Both the position numbers and the translations under genes were made by a program. A stretch of DNA of 51,688 nt, the filler included, from Dirinaria sp. TL-2023a (taxonomy: Eukaryota): NCBI GenBank assembly GCA_051941275.1. It is 3 parts of 3 records of this genome, joined end to end, with 100 filler letters (N's around TTAATTAATTAA, not from the genome) between each part and the next. Parts side by side here need not be neighbours in the genome. Positions count along the whole stretch, not along the records: positions 17,270 to 34,430 come from JAVEBF010000448.1; positions 34,531 to 51,688 come from JAVEBF010000449.1; 1 more part is not named here. The stretch is one strand, 5' to 3'. The notes under the pieces were generated by a model. It was not told the DNA's origin and did not search any database. It saw only the letters and a list, made by a program, of their open reading frames with translations. Below, one piece after another: positions 25,741 to 38,047 of the stretch (its first letter is position 1; the number at the start of each line of letters is the position of its first letter).

Positions 25741-26613
25741 ATAAACGGTGATCTGCATGGCGAGGCGTTTCATTTGTGAATCGGAGCGTAGGTGTCTGGC
25801 GAATCTCGATAAGATATGAAGGAAGGTGACAGAGATGGCGTTCTCGGACTGAAGATGCTTCGTATATTGGGTTTTCTCTGCAAGACGCATTATCCTTGTC
25901 AGATATCAACAGCTTGTCCATGTGTGCGTGCGATCCTCGTTGTACATAAAGTACTGCTGGTTGACTTGGCAAAGATTGATTTATCGCGACGGGCAATATT
26001 TTGATATGTATAAGTCTTCCTACAAGAAGGCTTCTCAATAACCTCAATACAGGTTTTGGGACAAGGGTAATTTTCGTGCAGTTCTGTTTGTCAAAGAGAA
26101 GGATATTCTGGAGCGCTAAATTTACGATCAAAGACAGTCCCTTCTAAGGCTGCTCTGAAAGGAGGGTCGATTTGCCAATCCACTCAGCAAGAACGGTTAT
26201 GAATTTCTTTTGAATCCTGGTTGCTCCGGGATATGGACCGGCGTATGAGCTATCATCTATTCTGTAGCGCTCAGTACGCCAAATTCTGTGCAAGCCTTAC
26301 CCCTGTTAAACTTCCATTACGGCCTCTCTTTGCCCGATTAGGCTTCGCTCAGCAATCATAAGTGGTTGACTCTGGAGAGGTATTCGGTAGGCCGTGGGTG
26401 AGCTTCTTACTCTATGGCCAAACCACGACCTCGACGTGCTTGCAATTTACTGACAATAAATGAAGACTCAATGCCCCGTTTCGCTGGGCTACGTGTGTAA
26501 GATTGATCTTTGTCTTTCGTGATTACCCGGTCAACTATTTGCTAACCAATATGTGTATAATGTTACAGGATCACCGAGAAGTCCAAGAACAGGTTCTACC
26601 GACCGAGCTCCAT

Positions 26614-27753
26614 TCAGGCTTTCTTTTGACCCACCACTATATGGTACTCCACTGTCATCGCAACACCTCTCTTGGCTTTTGCGACTTCGTCTGCAGCTTC
26701 CTGAATCACTCTCCTAAACTCGTTGCCTGGTCCAAGCTCCATTTGCGCACTCATTTCATAGAATGACATGAGAGCTATATCAGTAACGATCGGCATGTAA
26801 GTTCCAGTGCTATGTTTACGGTCGTCGCCAATCACGTCCAGATCTGCCTCTCTAAAGGCATCTGCTAAAGAATCTACCCATCTGAAGGCCTAATTAGTCA
26901 TGTCTCAGGTATTGGGGAAATGATGGCAGACTTTGGGTTTAGGCGAGGGTCTTTTGACCCCAAGTTCCGCTGATACGCCATCAATCCACGGAGCTTCTCG
27001 TCCGAGAGGGATTCATGTGCTTTGTGGAATTTTGCACCATCGAAGTCAATCTCCTGCCATTGCAGACACCCTCCAGGTTCTACAAAGCTCTATCAGTCAT
27101 CTTTCTGGAGATTCGTTGAGAAGAACGCTTTGAAGCATGCTTTACAACTTACTGAGGAGTTTGTAAAGCCGTTGGATTACAGACTGAAGCTCGTGATCCT
27201 GTACAACGCACAGGAGTAATTGGACATGCACGACGCTACCGCCTTATTAGCAACGGGTTTTTCTCGGTCTGGGGCACACATTTAAATCATACTCATACTT
27301 CCCGACAAGGTTTTCGGGAATCGGTTTGAAAATGTCCAGAGTACCGAAAGAAACATTCGAGGGAAGCCACTCCTTCGGCGGTACTTGGGAGATGTTGACG
27401 TCAAAGCCATGGAGAGCAGAGGAGGGTAAGTCTTTAGCGAGGTCGACAAGCCAAGTTCCGGTGCCTGTGGCTACGTCGCATACCAGAGTATCGGCGTTAC
27501 ACTGAGGAATGCTTGGGTGTAAGAGGTACCCATGCGTGGCTTTCGTGACGTGCTACCAGCGATCAGCTCATTCTAGAAGCTAGTCGTGGACACTCGTCTC
27601 TTTACATGGAAAAGATTGAGGCTAATGTTGATAGGATGCGTGAGCGAATCTTCTCGCAATCAAGGTAGTGTACCCAGCTTACCGAATAGAAGCCGTATAG
27701 TTTCTCTCCAAGACATACTCTGGGAGCGTATTATAATCTTCTCCTCCTCCCAT
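26614..27753 (-). CDS. SAM-dependent methyltransferase, fungal LaeA-like/secondary-metabolism type (6 exons: 27753-27683, 27621-27606, 27552-27293, 27235-27153, 27079-26932, 26881-26614; ~281 aa)
   Basis: Hand-spliced product: EYVLERNYTASIRLNLFH..GYLLHPSIP..CDVATGTGTWLVDLA..LHGFDV..PPKEWLPSNVSF..LDIFKPIPENLVGKYDVVHVQLL..LLKPGGCLQWQEID..IVVGQK. All five introns are GT-AG and the phases sum to an intact frame. Confidence 0.88.
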
Positions 27754-29185
27754 AATGTGGTTTATCACAGTAGAAATGCAAACGATTTTTTCAGGGGCCT
27801 CTAGTATGCAATATCACAATGCGAAATCAGCGAGGCCGGTGGTGTGATATTTATCCTATCTGCCATTGCTGCTAAGAAGGTGATCAAGCATGGAGTCAAA
27901 GGGAGGAGCGGCAGCATCTTGGAGCTGTTCACAATGGATCCCGAGAACCGGCTGGCTCGGCTGGCAAATGACACGAAACATTAGTGACCAGGAATCTCCA
28001 GATATCGCAGAAGAAGCATTCGTCCCGTCATGCAACCAGACTTCAACGATGCTGCGATACCGAGTGCGCTCCTTATGTCCTCTCCAAAATATCTGCATCA
28101 GACTGCATAAGATTCGTACTAGCGATTAAGTTATGATGCTCTAAGATGCACTACTACGTCAAAACCTGCATGAAGCCTTCCGGTTTGGCTTCGGATGCAG
28201 CTCTTTACCTAGCTTTCGTCTCAAAATTGACTGATCATCCACCTCGGTACCGAGCATCAAAATCCGTTTAGTGATCTCTCGCACCAGGAATATGGATAGA
28301 CGTGCGTCCACTTCGATCTCCGAATTGCCGCCCTCCTGACCGTTCATCTTGCCGATCTGCCGGACAGCATATCGTCAAAGCAAGAATGCAGTCGGCCTGT
28401 GTCCTGTCATCTGCAATAGGCAGCGACCAGCTCCCACGCAAAACTCCGACGAACTTTATCCATTCTCGACGGCTTTTTAGCAATTAAATGTATTGCTCCG
28501 CATTTTTTCCGAGATGCAGGGGGAAAATGCTCGCGATCTTGCTCCAACTTGCTTCTCCTCACCTTCTCAAGACCTAAGCTGGCGAACCTGCAAGTGACAT
28601 CGTGCGCAATCAACTTCAAAATACGCTTTGGTCCGCCGGAAGCCGCGTCATTGATAAGAAACACTTTCCTGCAGCCGTGAAGCTTGCATGGTGACCTCGG
28701 ATTTGAAGAAGTGTTCCCATAGTACTGAATCCTGGATCAGTAATACGCGGGGACCGAGATGCATGTTCAATTACATGACGCTACTCGTTTTTTCAAGAAA
28801 AACGGTGTTCTTACAATTACGATCGCTAGCAAGACTAATGCGTAGAAGAAGTCTCGGGGCACTTTGCAAGAATCCTCGTCCGTGGAGTACCTCGATTGTC
28901 ATGGAGTGGTATAATCATCAATTCGGGCATATGTAAACATTCTTCCCCTGTTTGACAAAATAATCAATGCTGGGCATGCTGTAGTTGGCTCGACTATTTC
29001 TAAAGACCGCACTGGGCAAATTCTAATTCGACATTCGTCGTCTGACATACAGGTTTGCACCCTCCGCACTTCCCATATATCATCACAAGACACGCACATC
29101 TAGACACAGAGCCTTTGCTCCTATCCATGTCTGTATAGTCCCCGCTCACACCAGCGACCTTCACCACTCAACTCCTTATCAAACC

Positions 29186-31306
29186 TCACTTCCTGGCCCA
29201 GCTCCAAGCTCTCCACCTCTGCTCACTCTCACCATCCAGCCCCTCCGGCATATCATCCTTACTGAGCCTCCCGGGAGCGAAATTGATCGCTCTCCACCTA
29301 CTGATCTGCGACTGCGGTTCCGCCATAATGAAATGAGGTGGTGAAACCATAGGAAGCTCGACGCCTGGGCCCAGGAGATACTTTTGCCAAATCCGAACCC
29401 GCTGATTACTCTCCCCATGTCGTGCTATTTCCCATGGAGGGAGGCGTGAGGTGGAGTAGTGTGGAGTCAGTGGATATTGTAGTGTTTCTGTCTGCTGTTC
29501 CTGTTTCGGAGACATGCAGGCAGTGTTCGAATTTCCGACGACAGATGGCATCAGAGATGTGGTGGATGCCAGATCCCGGATGACGTTGTGGTAGAGGTCC
29601 TCGTTTGAGATGGTGGTGGAGTAGAGAGATACGATCCGCGAGGTTGTAGGGCCATCTTCGCTCGAGCGTGAGGCTTCAGTCATGCATTCGGATACTCTAT
29701 GCATGTCTGAAGCATGAGATACTCTCCTCTTTTCAGCAAGATGAGCCCACAGCTCTGGATTTTCGCTCCAAATTTCTGGCCCAGTCTCCCAGTCCAGGCT
29801 CATCGGGAAAGCAGCTGAGGTTTCCCCGGATTTGGGGAGTTCAACCTCGTTCTTCAGTGGCCACTGCACTTCCGAACCGGGTTTCTCGGGAATCTGATGG
29901 GGTGATTCCAGCTCATGGATGAATGGCTCTTGGGTTTGCTGATCAGATGTGTGATCGCTCTGCAGGATTTTACCACAGTCAGACTCTTTCGAGCGCTGTC
30001 TAGTGTTCGCGGAATAGGCTTGAAGATTGTGCCCGTCGATACTTTTTCCTGGACGATACCTAGGAGCAGCGGCGAGTTCACACCAATTCCCGCTGTCACT
30101 GATAATGTAGCTCTTGAGCAATTTTATCTGCTTCTTGTCTTTCACGGACGTTCCCTTGAGCGGCGCACAGCTTGTCGGACGCTCTGTTGGTAAGCCGGCT
30201 TCGAGATGGATAACCTCAGACGAGGCTGGAGTGGCTTTAACCCCATCGCCGTCGCTAACCTCCGCGCCGCAACCACCGTGTTTGTATACCTCTTTCCACA
30301 CGCCGTTCTTATCCAGCTTATAGCCATTCAACAATCTGATCTTGGCTTTATCCGGTTTCTGAACCTCTTTCCCGATTTTCGTATTCGACCGCTTGTTGTC
30401 TGCACGACTCTTCGAGTGTCCTCTCGACCTCTCATGCGCAACGACATCGTACGCCGAAAGTAATGCACAAAATAACCCCACCAAACCGAGAACACCACAG
30501 ATCACCACCGCTGTGCCCATACGTCCCTTGCGCTTATCTTGTGTCCAGAGCACTATACTGACTGTAAGTAGTACAATCGAGAATTGGATCAGAATAGCTA
30601 AGATCGTAAGGGGCTTTCGGCGGCTTTGAAACCACGACACAGGTTTCTCGGGCGGCTTGCTCCCCTCCTCCAAGAGAAAAGGGTGGTGGGCAGTTGTTCC
30701 CACTGAGGTATTGGGGGAGCTGCGCAATTGCAATGGAGCTGGTTTTCGAGGGATTCTAGTGACCTGGCGAGGGGATTCAGCATCGACTTTCCATGGGGGG
30801 CTGTCGTCGAAAGGACTTGTTAGCCGGTTCATGGCCCATGTTGATTTTTTGGGTTCTTCTTTCGAAGAAGAAGTTGAACAAGAGGCATTTGAACAGCGAA
30901 GCTCAGATTTTTCGCCGCTGGCTCCTGCTAGCCCCTTTACCGTCGGACTCCCATGTACAGTGTAGGAGGAAATGATATCTGAGATCGAATGATCATCATG
31001 ATCCGATACTTCCTTGATGTTAATCTTGTCTGAGGATTGTCCATCGAAGTTATCTTTGGCTGGGGCTTTGGAGTTCTTAGTTACCACCTTAAGATCTGGG
31101 CGTGTCTTGACGTTTCGAGTATCGCGGTGATGCTCATCCTCATCCTCCTGTTGCAGCCAAAGAGCTTCAGGCCCAGCTCTCGATTCCACATCTGCAGCTG
31201 GGCTCACTGCCGAAACCTCCTCAATCACATCAAGTTTTCTGCTCTGGAGCTCAGAGACAGGAAACTGTCCCCGAAGAGGAGTCAAGCGTCTCACAGGAAG
31301 TGACAT
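29186..31306 (-). CDS. Hypothetical ~706-aa mostly disordered protein with two adjacent TM helices
   Basis: Uninterrupted ORF over 700 codons, first ATG at 31306 (MSLPVRR). Hydrophobic segments LTILAILIQFSIVLLTVSIVLW and AVVICGVLGLVGLFCALLSAY. Confidence 0.7.
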   Translation of the reverse strand: MSLPVRRLTPLRGQFPVSELQSRKLDVIEEVSAVSPAADVESRAGPEALWLQQEDEDEHHRDTRNVKTRPDLKVVTKNSKAPAKDNFDGQSSDKINIKEVSDHDDHSISDIISSYTVHGSPTVKGLAGASGEKSELRCSNASCSTSSSKEEPKKSTWAMNRLTSPFDDSPPWKVDAESPRQVTRIPRKPAPLQLRSSPNTSVGTTAHHPFLLEEGSKPPEKPVSWFQSRRKPLTILAILIQFSIVLLTVSIVLWTQDKRKGRMGTAVVICGVLGLVGLFCALLSAYDVVAHERSRGHSKSRADNKRSNTKIGKEVQKPDKAKIRLLNGYKLDKNGVWKEVYKHGGCGAEVSDGDGVKATPASSEVIHLEAGLPTERPTSCAPLKGTSVKDKKQIKLLKSYIISDSGNWCELAAAPRYRPGKSIDGHNLQAYSANTRQRSKESDCGKILQSDHTSDQQTQEPFIHELESPHQIPEKPGSEVQWPLKNEVELPKSGETSAAFPMSLDWETGPEIWSENPELWAHLAEKRRVSHASDMHRVSECMTEASRSSEDGPTTSRIVSLYSTTISNEDLYHNVIRDLASTTSLMPSVVGNSNTACMSPKQEQQTETLQYPLTPHYSTSRLPPWEIARHGESNQRVRIWQKYLLGPGVELPMVSPPHFIMAEPQSQISRWRAINFAPGRLSKDDMPEGLDGESEQRWRAWSWARK

Positions 31307-34020
31307 CCCTAGCTTTTCTCTTATGCGGAAGCAAAAGAGAGATGATCTCAAACACGAGATCTTCTGTGAGGCATTTCAAGATTTAGTAGCGCTAGGTGAT
31401 CTTGCAAATAGAACAGGAACTATGAAACCGTAGAGACTGGGCGCGGGGAGATGGGCAGTGCAAAAAGTTTCATAATGGATTCCTATCCATCGACACTCAG
31501 GGAATGAATTCCGCTTCTCTTCTCTACTTCCTTGCTCATGCACGACAGAATTCCATGCTGAAACTCTCTTCAGAAAACCGAATTCAATTACCAACAAAGT
31601 GAGAGCGTCTTTTTTTGAGACAAATTTCATGATCGCGAAGAAGATCTGTGGTATTAGAACATGTCTACGGGACTAGCAAGAAACCGCTGCAACTTGAGAG
31701 GCAAGAAAAACAGATGGAAAACCCGTAAGCGCTATCAAAATCCCTATGATGATCTGCGCTGTGAACTCGGGATGTGGACACTCGGGGAAGGAATCCCGAT
31801 GAAGAAGTACAGATCCTGAAATGCAAAGCAGTGAATTTCGACAAAGACCCGGGCTGTTTTCGAGAAGGAAAGATTCGTTCTTTGGTGGATCGAAGCGTTC
31901 ATGAAAAGTCTTCAAGGTAGAATTCCCACAACATACTAAGACTGCTTACAAGAGAAATGAACGGTAGATTTCGGATTCTATGTCCTTCTAGCGGGCTATT
32001 TCTCGGGGGACTCTACTACACCGGCAGTTCAAGGCTTGTGTGGGCGATCTATGGTAGGAATTAAAACATTATCAGACTTTTATTTGTGGGATGAGCTATA
32101 TTCAAATTTGTTAACGACGTTCCATTGGTAGCGATATTGTTGATTAAGTTAATTGTTGCGAGAGCATCATGAATAATGGAATGTTCCGTGGAAAACCCGC
32201 CCACAAAAAAGAAAGGATTTGAACACTTATTTTTCGTGCTTGAATATGGATTATTTGGCTCTTGACAGAGAAAAGAGGGAATCCGCTCCTGAGAAGGTTT
32301 AGATGAGTCGTACGTCGACGATGGAATGTTATTTTCATTTTCCTTATGGCAAGCACCCTGAACCTAGTCGTTTCCAGTGGGGACGCATCACATTGAAAAA
32401 GAACCTCAAAAGAAAAAAGGCTCAATCTAGAGTCTGCCCTTCCTAAATGACCTTGTCATTTTCAGATTCTTCCTCGCCGGCAATCACAATGCGGCTTCAT
32501 GCAGAAATTTATTTTTCGATGTACCATTCCGACAAATAATCGTCGGCGCCTGGCCTGCAGCTTTCTGACCAGGAGGTTGCATATTGAAAGAATTCATAAT
32601 GAGACTATGCTGATGGATCATAGTAGATGGGAAGTCTGCCACGTGTAAGAGGCGCCCAGGGGGTACAATAGTATACGTCGTAATGACTAGACTATAAGCG
32701 TTGAAGAGCGATGAAAAGTCTTGGAGGACATACTATGAGAGACTCGAAGTAGCGCGCTACTTAAAACCAAACATCTTGCTCAGTGAGCAAGCGAGGACTA
32801 GGAGGAAGTCGAGCTCGCGCTGGGAACGAGCCGTCTGGCTGGGTCCTGTAGCAGGCCGATACTGGGCCTTGCGGTCCATGAGAGAATTTGATCAATGGTT
32901 TAAGACAAGAGGTGACTGATGACAAGAATAACGCTATGGCGTTTTGGCACTTGCAACAAAATGCGATCAATGGTGCGAGAATTTAGAGAAAGAACGACTA
33001 GCAATGAAACGCACTGGGCGGAGGGAGGCATTAGTAATAGCAGTAGTAGTAGTAAGAGTGTAGCAGCAGCAGTATTACAAGCTTTAAGATATATTTTTCG
33101 GTGACTTAAGTCATTTCTCACCTGGAAATATTCTTGTTTTTTTTTCCCCTCTTTTTCCTTTTTCTTCCCACCTCTCTCCCTCGTTTTCAGTTCTTGTCGT
33201 TCCGTGGTATTAAGCTAGGCATGAATGTTTATTCTAAGGCTTACCACTATCATGTGGTGATGGGCCAGATTTGAATTCGAGACTTAAACCACCTAAGAAA
33301 GTCTCTAAGCTTTAATTATTCAACTTTATCCATGCGTGGCTAGAAGTGTCGTACGATCCTGGACCTTGAACTTCATAGGCCACAGCAACTCAAAGCAGCC
33401 CCTGACTTCTTGAAATACGATGTGTTTCTCCCCCATGAAATATTTCTGATCCCATGAAATCCAGTCAGGGAGCCAATGTCTATGTGATGGCCCGAGGTTT
33501 CGCTTATTTCTTCCTCGATGACATGCTGAAGGGACTAGGAACCAAGAATCAAAATGAGGAGACTGTACCGCAAAATTATACTTCCATAGTCCGGCAAGGA
33601 AAGCATCATTGCCATCGATCTACGGAGTCCAACATAAGAGCCGCTAATAGGCAAATCTCGAAGCTATCTTATCGGCAATGACTTTCGTTCAATGCAACCA
33701 ACGACGGGGAGTCCTTGCTTTACTCAAGACCTGCCCGCGGCTATGGCGGTTGAAGCGGCAAGCACAGACACCACCGGTGCGTCTGTCCTTCCCAAACCAA
33801 GACTCGTCCTCTCTATATAGATAATTTAATCTTCAGAAAACACGTCTCGCGCAAGGCTATTGTCAGTCAACAGCATTGTACTTAATCACTCAAAACCCTT
33901 TACTCTTCTCCAAGCTCATAGCTGTATCCGTCCGAAAAATACAAAAAATCTCCATCGCACTGTTCCCATCATCAAAATATCTTCTCCCCCCGCCCCCTCT
34001 CTCCAACCACAGGCCAGCAA

Positions 34021-34404
34021 ATGGCCAATTACTACTCCCAGCCCTCGCAGCCCTACAACCCGCAAAACCTGCAATTCTACCCATCCTCCTACCCCAACGC
34101 TGCACCGGTCTCAGGCCACTCCACGCCCTCGCACGCGCAGTATGGGAGCCCGCAAGGAGGCTATGATCAACCGGCGCCCGCTTACTCAGGCTACAGCCAG
34201 GGAGGGTATGGAGGCGCGAGCAGCGGTTTTGGTGGAGGAGGTCCCGCGTTCGGAGGTCAGGGATTCGGAGCACCGAGTGGGAGGATGGGGGAGCAGGGCG
34301 GGTTGAGGACGGGCTGGCTGGCTGCGTTCGGGACGGAGGGGTATGAAGGCGAGCCGCCGCTGCTGGAGGAGCTGGGGGTGAATTTCGGGCATATTAAAGT
34401 AAAG
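34021..34404 (+). CDS. YIP1: Yip1 ER-Golgi transport protein, first exon only; the rest is lost in the contig gap
   Basis: QNLQFYPSSY..GRMGEQGGLRTGWLAAFGTEGYEGEPPLLEELGVNFGHIK, followed by a GTGAGG donor at 34405. Confidence 0.9.
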
Positions 34405-34430
34405 GTGAGGTTTGAGCGGTCTTTGTCTCG

Positions 34431-34530
34431 NNNNNNNNNNNNNNNNNNNNNNNNNNNNNNNNNNNNNNNNNNNNTTAATTAATTAANNNNNNNNNNNNNN
34501 NNNNNNNNNNNNNNNNNNNNNNNNNNNNNN
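34431..34530. other. Artificial contig-joining spacer: 44 N + TTAATTAATTAA + 44 N
   Basis: Identical to the spacer at 17170-17269. Confidence 0.97.
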
Positions 34531-37500
34531 CTGTGGTGTTAATTTAGTTGTGTGTTATGCTTCAATTTTCAAAGAGGGAGGACACGGAGGAGGGAATAAG
34601 CCCTGGCAAGGTAAGGGAAAGTCTATGACGATATCGTTATTTGACGTGGGGAAGAACGGGCCAGGCGGTGGTGTGTCGCAATCTTGTATTGATTGACTTA
34701 AATACTTACGATCTTTGCCATTGAGGGGCTAGGCACATAGGGATAAATCATTAAATTTTCACAGGAAAACGGATAAAGTAAAAAAAGAAAAAGAAAAGAA
34801 AAAGGGAAAGAAAGAGAACGCAAAAAAGAAGATTTTGAGCAAGAAAAACCACGAAAACAAGAAGTCCATTCACATATGTGCTCGATGAAAAGGGATCTAC
34901 CCACCTAGGCTTTACTTATGTGGACGAATTTTTTTTCTTTCGCCGCTTGCGAGGATAAGTAACAACGCTCGTAATACCTTTAAAGTCAAATCTAAAAAAG
35001 GAGAGGGGCTGAAGGAGAATTCTCAAGAGCTCGGTGGGAGTTCGGATTGGTTCAAAGCCATCTCAAACGTAAGAACGAGAGAGTTGGTTAACAAAGCATG
35101 CTCTCTGAGGCGAAAATGAGATGAATCAAAATTTCAAAAGAAGAGGCATTTCTGATCGCTTTTCACTATATAATCCAGTACTGGTTTAAGAAAGAAGGAA
35201 AATCCCCTGCTAGTTGTCGCAGCGCGTAGATCCTTCATACCAAGTTGTTTTTGTGGAATCCTGCGGCACGGAGCGCGCTATCCCAAGCTCGTTTATTAAT
35301 TGGCCCCTTTTCATTAGTTTTTTCCGATCACAGACGGCCAGATGTTGAGAAACGAGAAGGAATGGGATGTGTATGCCGCGGGAAGCTTTTCATGCTGTGT
35401 AAGTCAAATGAGCTCGAAAAATTCTTTACCTCAACCGGGTTTCTGTATCTCTACTACAACAACATGGTAAGGATTCGGAAAAGTCGGGAGGGCCGCAAAG
35501 ATGGCGTACGTCGACGCGTCACGTACCGTACATCTTTCATACGCATGAAGAACTAATAAGTCTCAACAGACTATGAGCAGGCGGAAAAAAAAACAGAAAG
35601 AGAGATAGAGAGAGAGATGAGACCAACGCGAGCCATCCGCACATAAAAACCAACGTACTATAATGGCAACTTTCAAAGGCGCGTATCTGGAGCATGAGAG
35701 CCTTCTCAGCGTGACGGTCCAGCAGTGATGATTGAAAAATTACCTCAGGCATGAGGGCCCGCAGCGTGGCATGGGGGTAGTCCATTGACGGTGGACGAAC
35801 TAATAGTCGATATGGCCAAGGATTTCCCGACTCAAGTACGTACGACGATTTCCAAGCCCGATGCCCAGACACGAGGATATATTAGCCTGAGGTTGGAAGT
35901 ACCACTTACCTTAGTAACTTTTCTAATATTTACCGCGCAGTAGCGTCATTCTTCCCGTCCACTAAAGAGGTTCCCCTTCCGCTCCGAAAATCGGACAGCT
36001 GTCGTGTTTTAAATCTCACTCCTATGATATCCTGTTGGTAAGGATCAGTAAGATTACCATCAGTCAGACGAGGCTGACATGTGTTCTGCTCTAGCGTGAA
36101 GTATACGGGTAGGAGATAGAGAAATTGAAGATCTGACAGCCAGTCATGCAATGGCTGCTCTACGCCCACCAAAGATTCCCAGTCGTGATTGTTGCCTTCT
36201 ACGGACGGCGCCGGAGAGAAGACCTTCTGGACCCTGATGATACAATTTTGTATACTGGGACAGGGTCTCAGGCGCGGATAAAATAGACCCCTGAAATTTG
36301 AAAAAAGAGCCAACCGTTTCCCACTATCACATGTTGTCGCTTGATAGCAGACGCTGATCTTTACTAAGGCACGATGGAGTGTGGCGCCACAAGGTATTCG
36401 TCTATTGGCGGTCCCGTATTCGAAACGTTTGTCTGCTTTGGAAATTGGAACGAGTGTTATTGAATTAGACACTACTGTGGGCGTTGTTGGTTGATTGGCT
36501 AGGGCGATCACATATCGTAGCTATCGCGTACGAGTACTTGGAAAATATCGCGGTTAGTATTGCTGCATGCGTGGTAAGAGCCTGTTAAGCGTGGCGTAGG
36601 ATTTCAGGCGGCGAATATATTCGGACATTCAAATGGCTTGAGGCTCATCGATTTCAGCCAACCAGCGACTCGGCTTCGCTTGCGATCTTTTCAATCGGAG
36701 ACTTTTGCGTGCGTCTTCTGAGACTGATCGTCCTGCGTATCTCATGATTTTTATCTGAGAGAAGCACTAAAGTGACTTAGACTTCAGCCCCCAGGTTACA
36801 TTCTTCTCAACCATAAATTTAGCATCCCAAACTTCGCGTGTTGTTTACTGTTGAAGAATCCTCCTATTCGAGTATTTTCGAGTGGCTTTAAACTCTATCT
36901 TCCTTTTATCTTCCCGAAAATGTGCAGCAGCCAAACAAGCTAGAGCGGAGCGGTAGCCGATTCTTTCCTACTCGCACCAATGGCATCCAACGACAATAAG
37001 TCCGCGGCAATAACAAGACACCTACTATGCGCTGGCGTGATAGTTGCTGGGGATGACAGGATGTAAATTGCAAATTCTCCATCCGAGATCAGGCTATTGT
37101 GCTTGCCTGCTGTTATCATACCCACGTGATTCATGTGCTGGTGCTTGTTTCATTTGGAACTTTAGGAGAAGAAAATCCTTTGGGAAAGCACAGCCAGACC
37201 CACGTGTTGCAAGGATCTGATGACACTTTCAGTTCAATGGCCGCCCAATCGCGTCTAGCTGGTTGATCATGCATTAGCATGACGGAGAAGCTGTCAATAG
37301 AAAGTGCTATGGAATATGTCTGCCTTTCCAACAAGATAAGGGCCAACATGATTCCACTGCGAACACAACCGATGCTCGTAACGTCACATTGCACTTGGCC
37401 GAAGCAAATGGCGCTGCTGCTGTTTCGAGAAAATCCAGGCCCGATTTTCTAAATGTTGGCAAGCTTTTTTCAGAGTTTCTCTCGACAAGATCCCAAGATA

Positions 37501-38047
37501 AATAATGTCACGCTTGACCAGTGCCAACTTTTTATTATTATCAGTGTTGACTGTTTGGTTGAGAGCGACCCGTATTGCCTTCTTGAGGAAAGACTGATGG
37601 TCTAGCTTTATATACTACCTACGCCACGCTCCGCGGTGGCGTACAACAGCAGTGGTGTACGGGCCTAATTTACATACCATACGCCTATTCGCCCGCTACT
37701 ACTCCTGCCTTTCCATGCCGGTGATGTGCGAAAAGCGGCCCTTGCCATAGCCTCAAGCCGTTCACGGTCTATCAAGGCGGCTCGTCCAAACGTTTCAACT
37801 TTCAACTCGTACCAACACCCTTAGTCCTCAGGGAGTTGTCAACGCTAGCTAAGGAGCTCAGCCTCTAGCTTTTCGGGTGTCCCATTTCGATGAATTGAGG
37901 ACCGTGAGACATGATAACATGATTATCATATTGCATCGCAGTTGCAACATTCCTCGCCAGGGTCGAGGAGCGGCAAGACCCTCCTTTCGCTTGTTTATCT
38001 TCAAGTTCTATTAGATTAGTGCTTGTTGTTCTATCGCTAAAGTCGAC

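Noticed and set aside
35506..35526. Imperfect palindrome GTACGTCGACGCGTCACGTAC, and a hairpin at 37620-37643
   Set aside because: Single short occurrences with no associated gene or repeat family.
35930..36511. 193-aa minus-strand ORF downstream of the AflR-like gene
   Set aside because: Non-ATG start, no recognisable domain, and no convincing splice partners.
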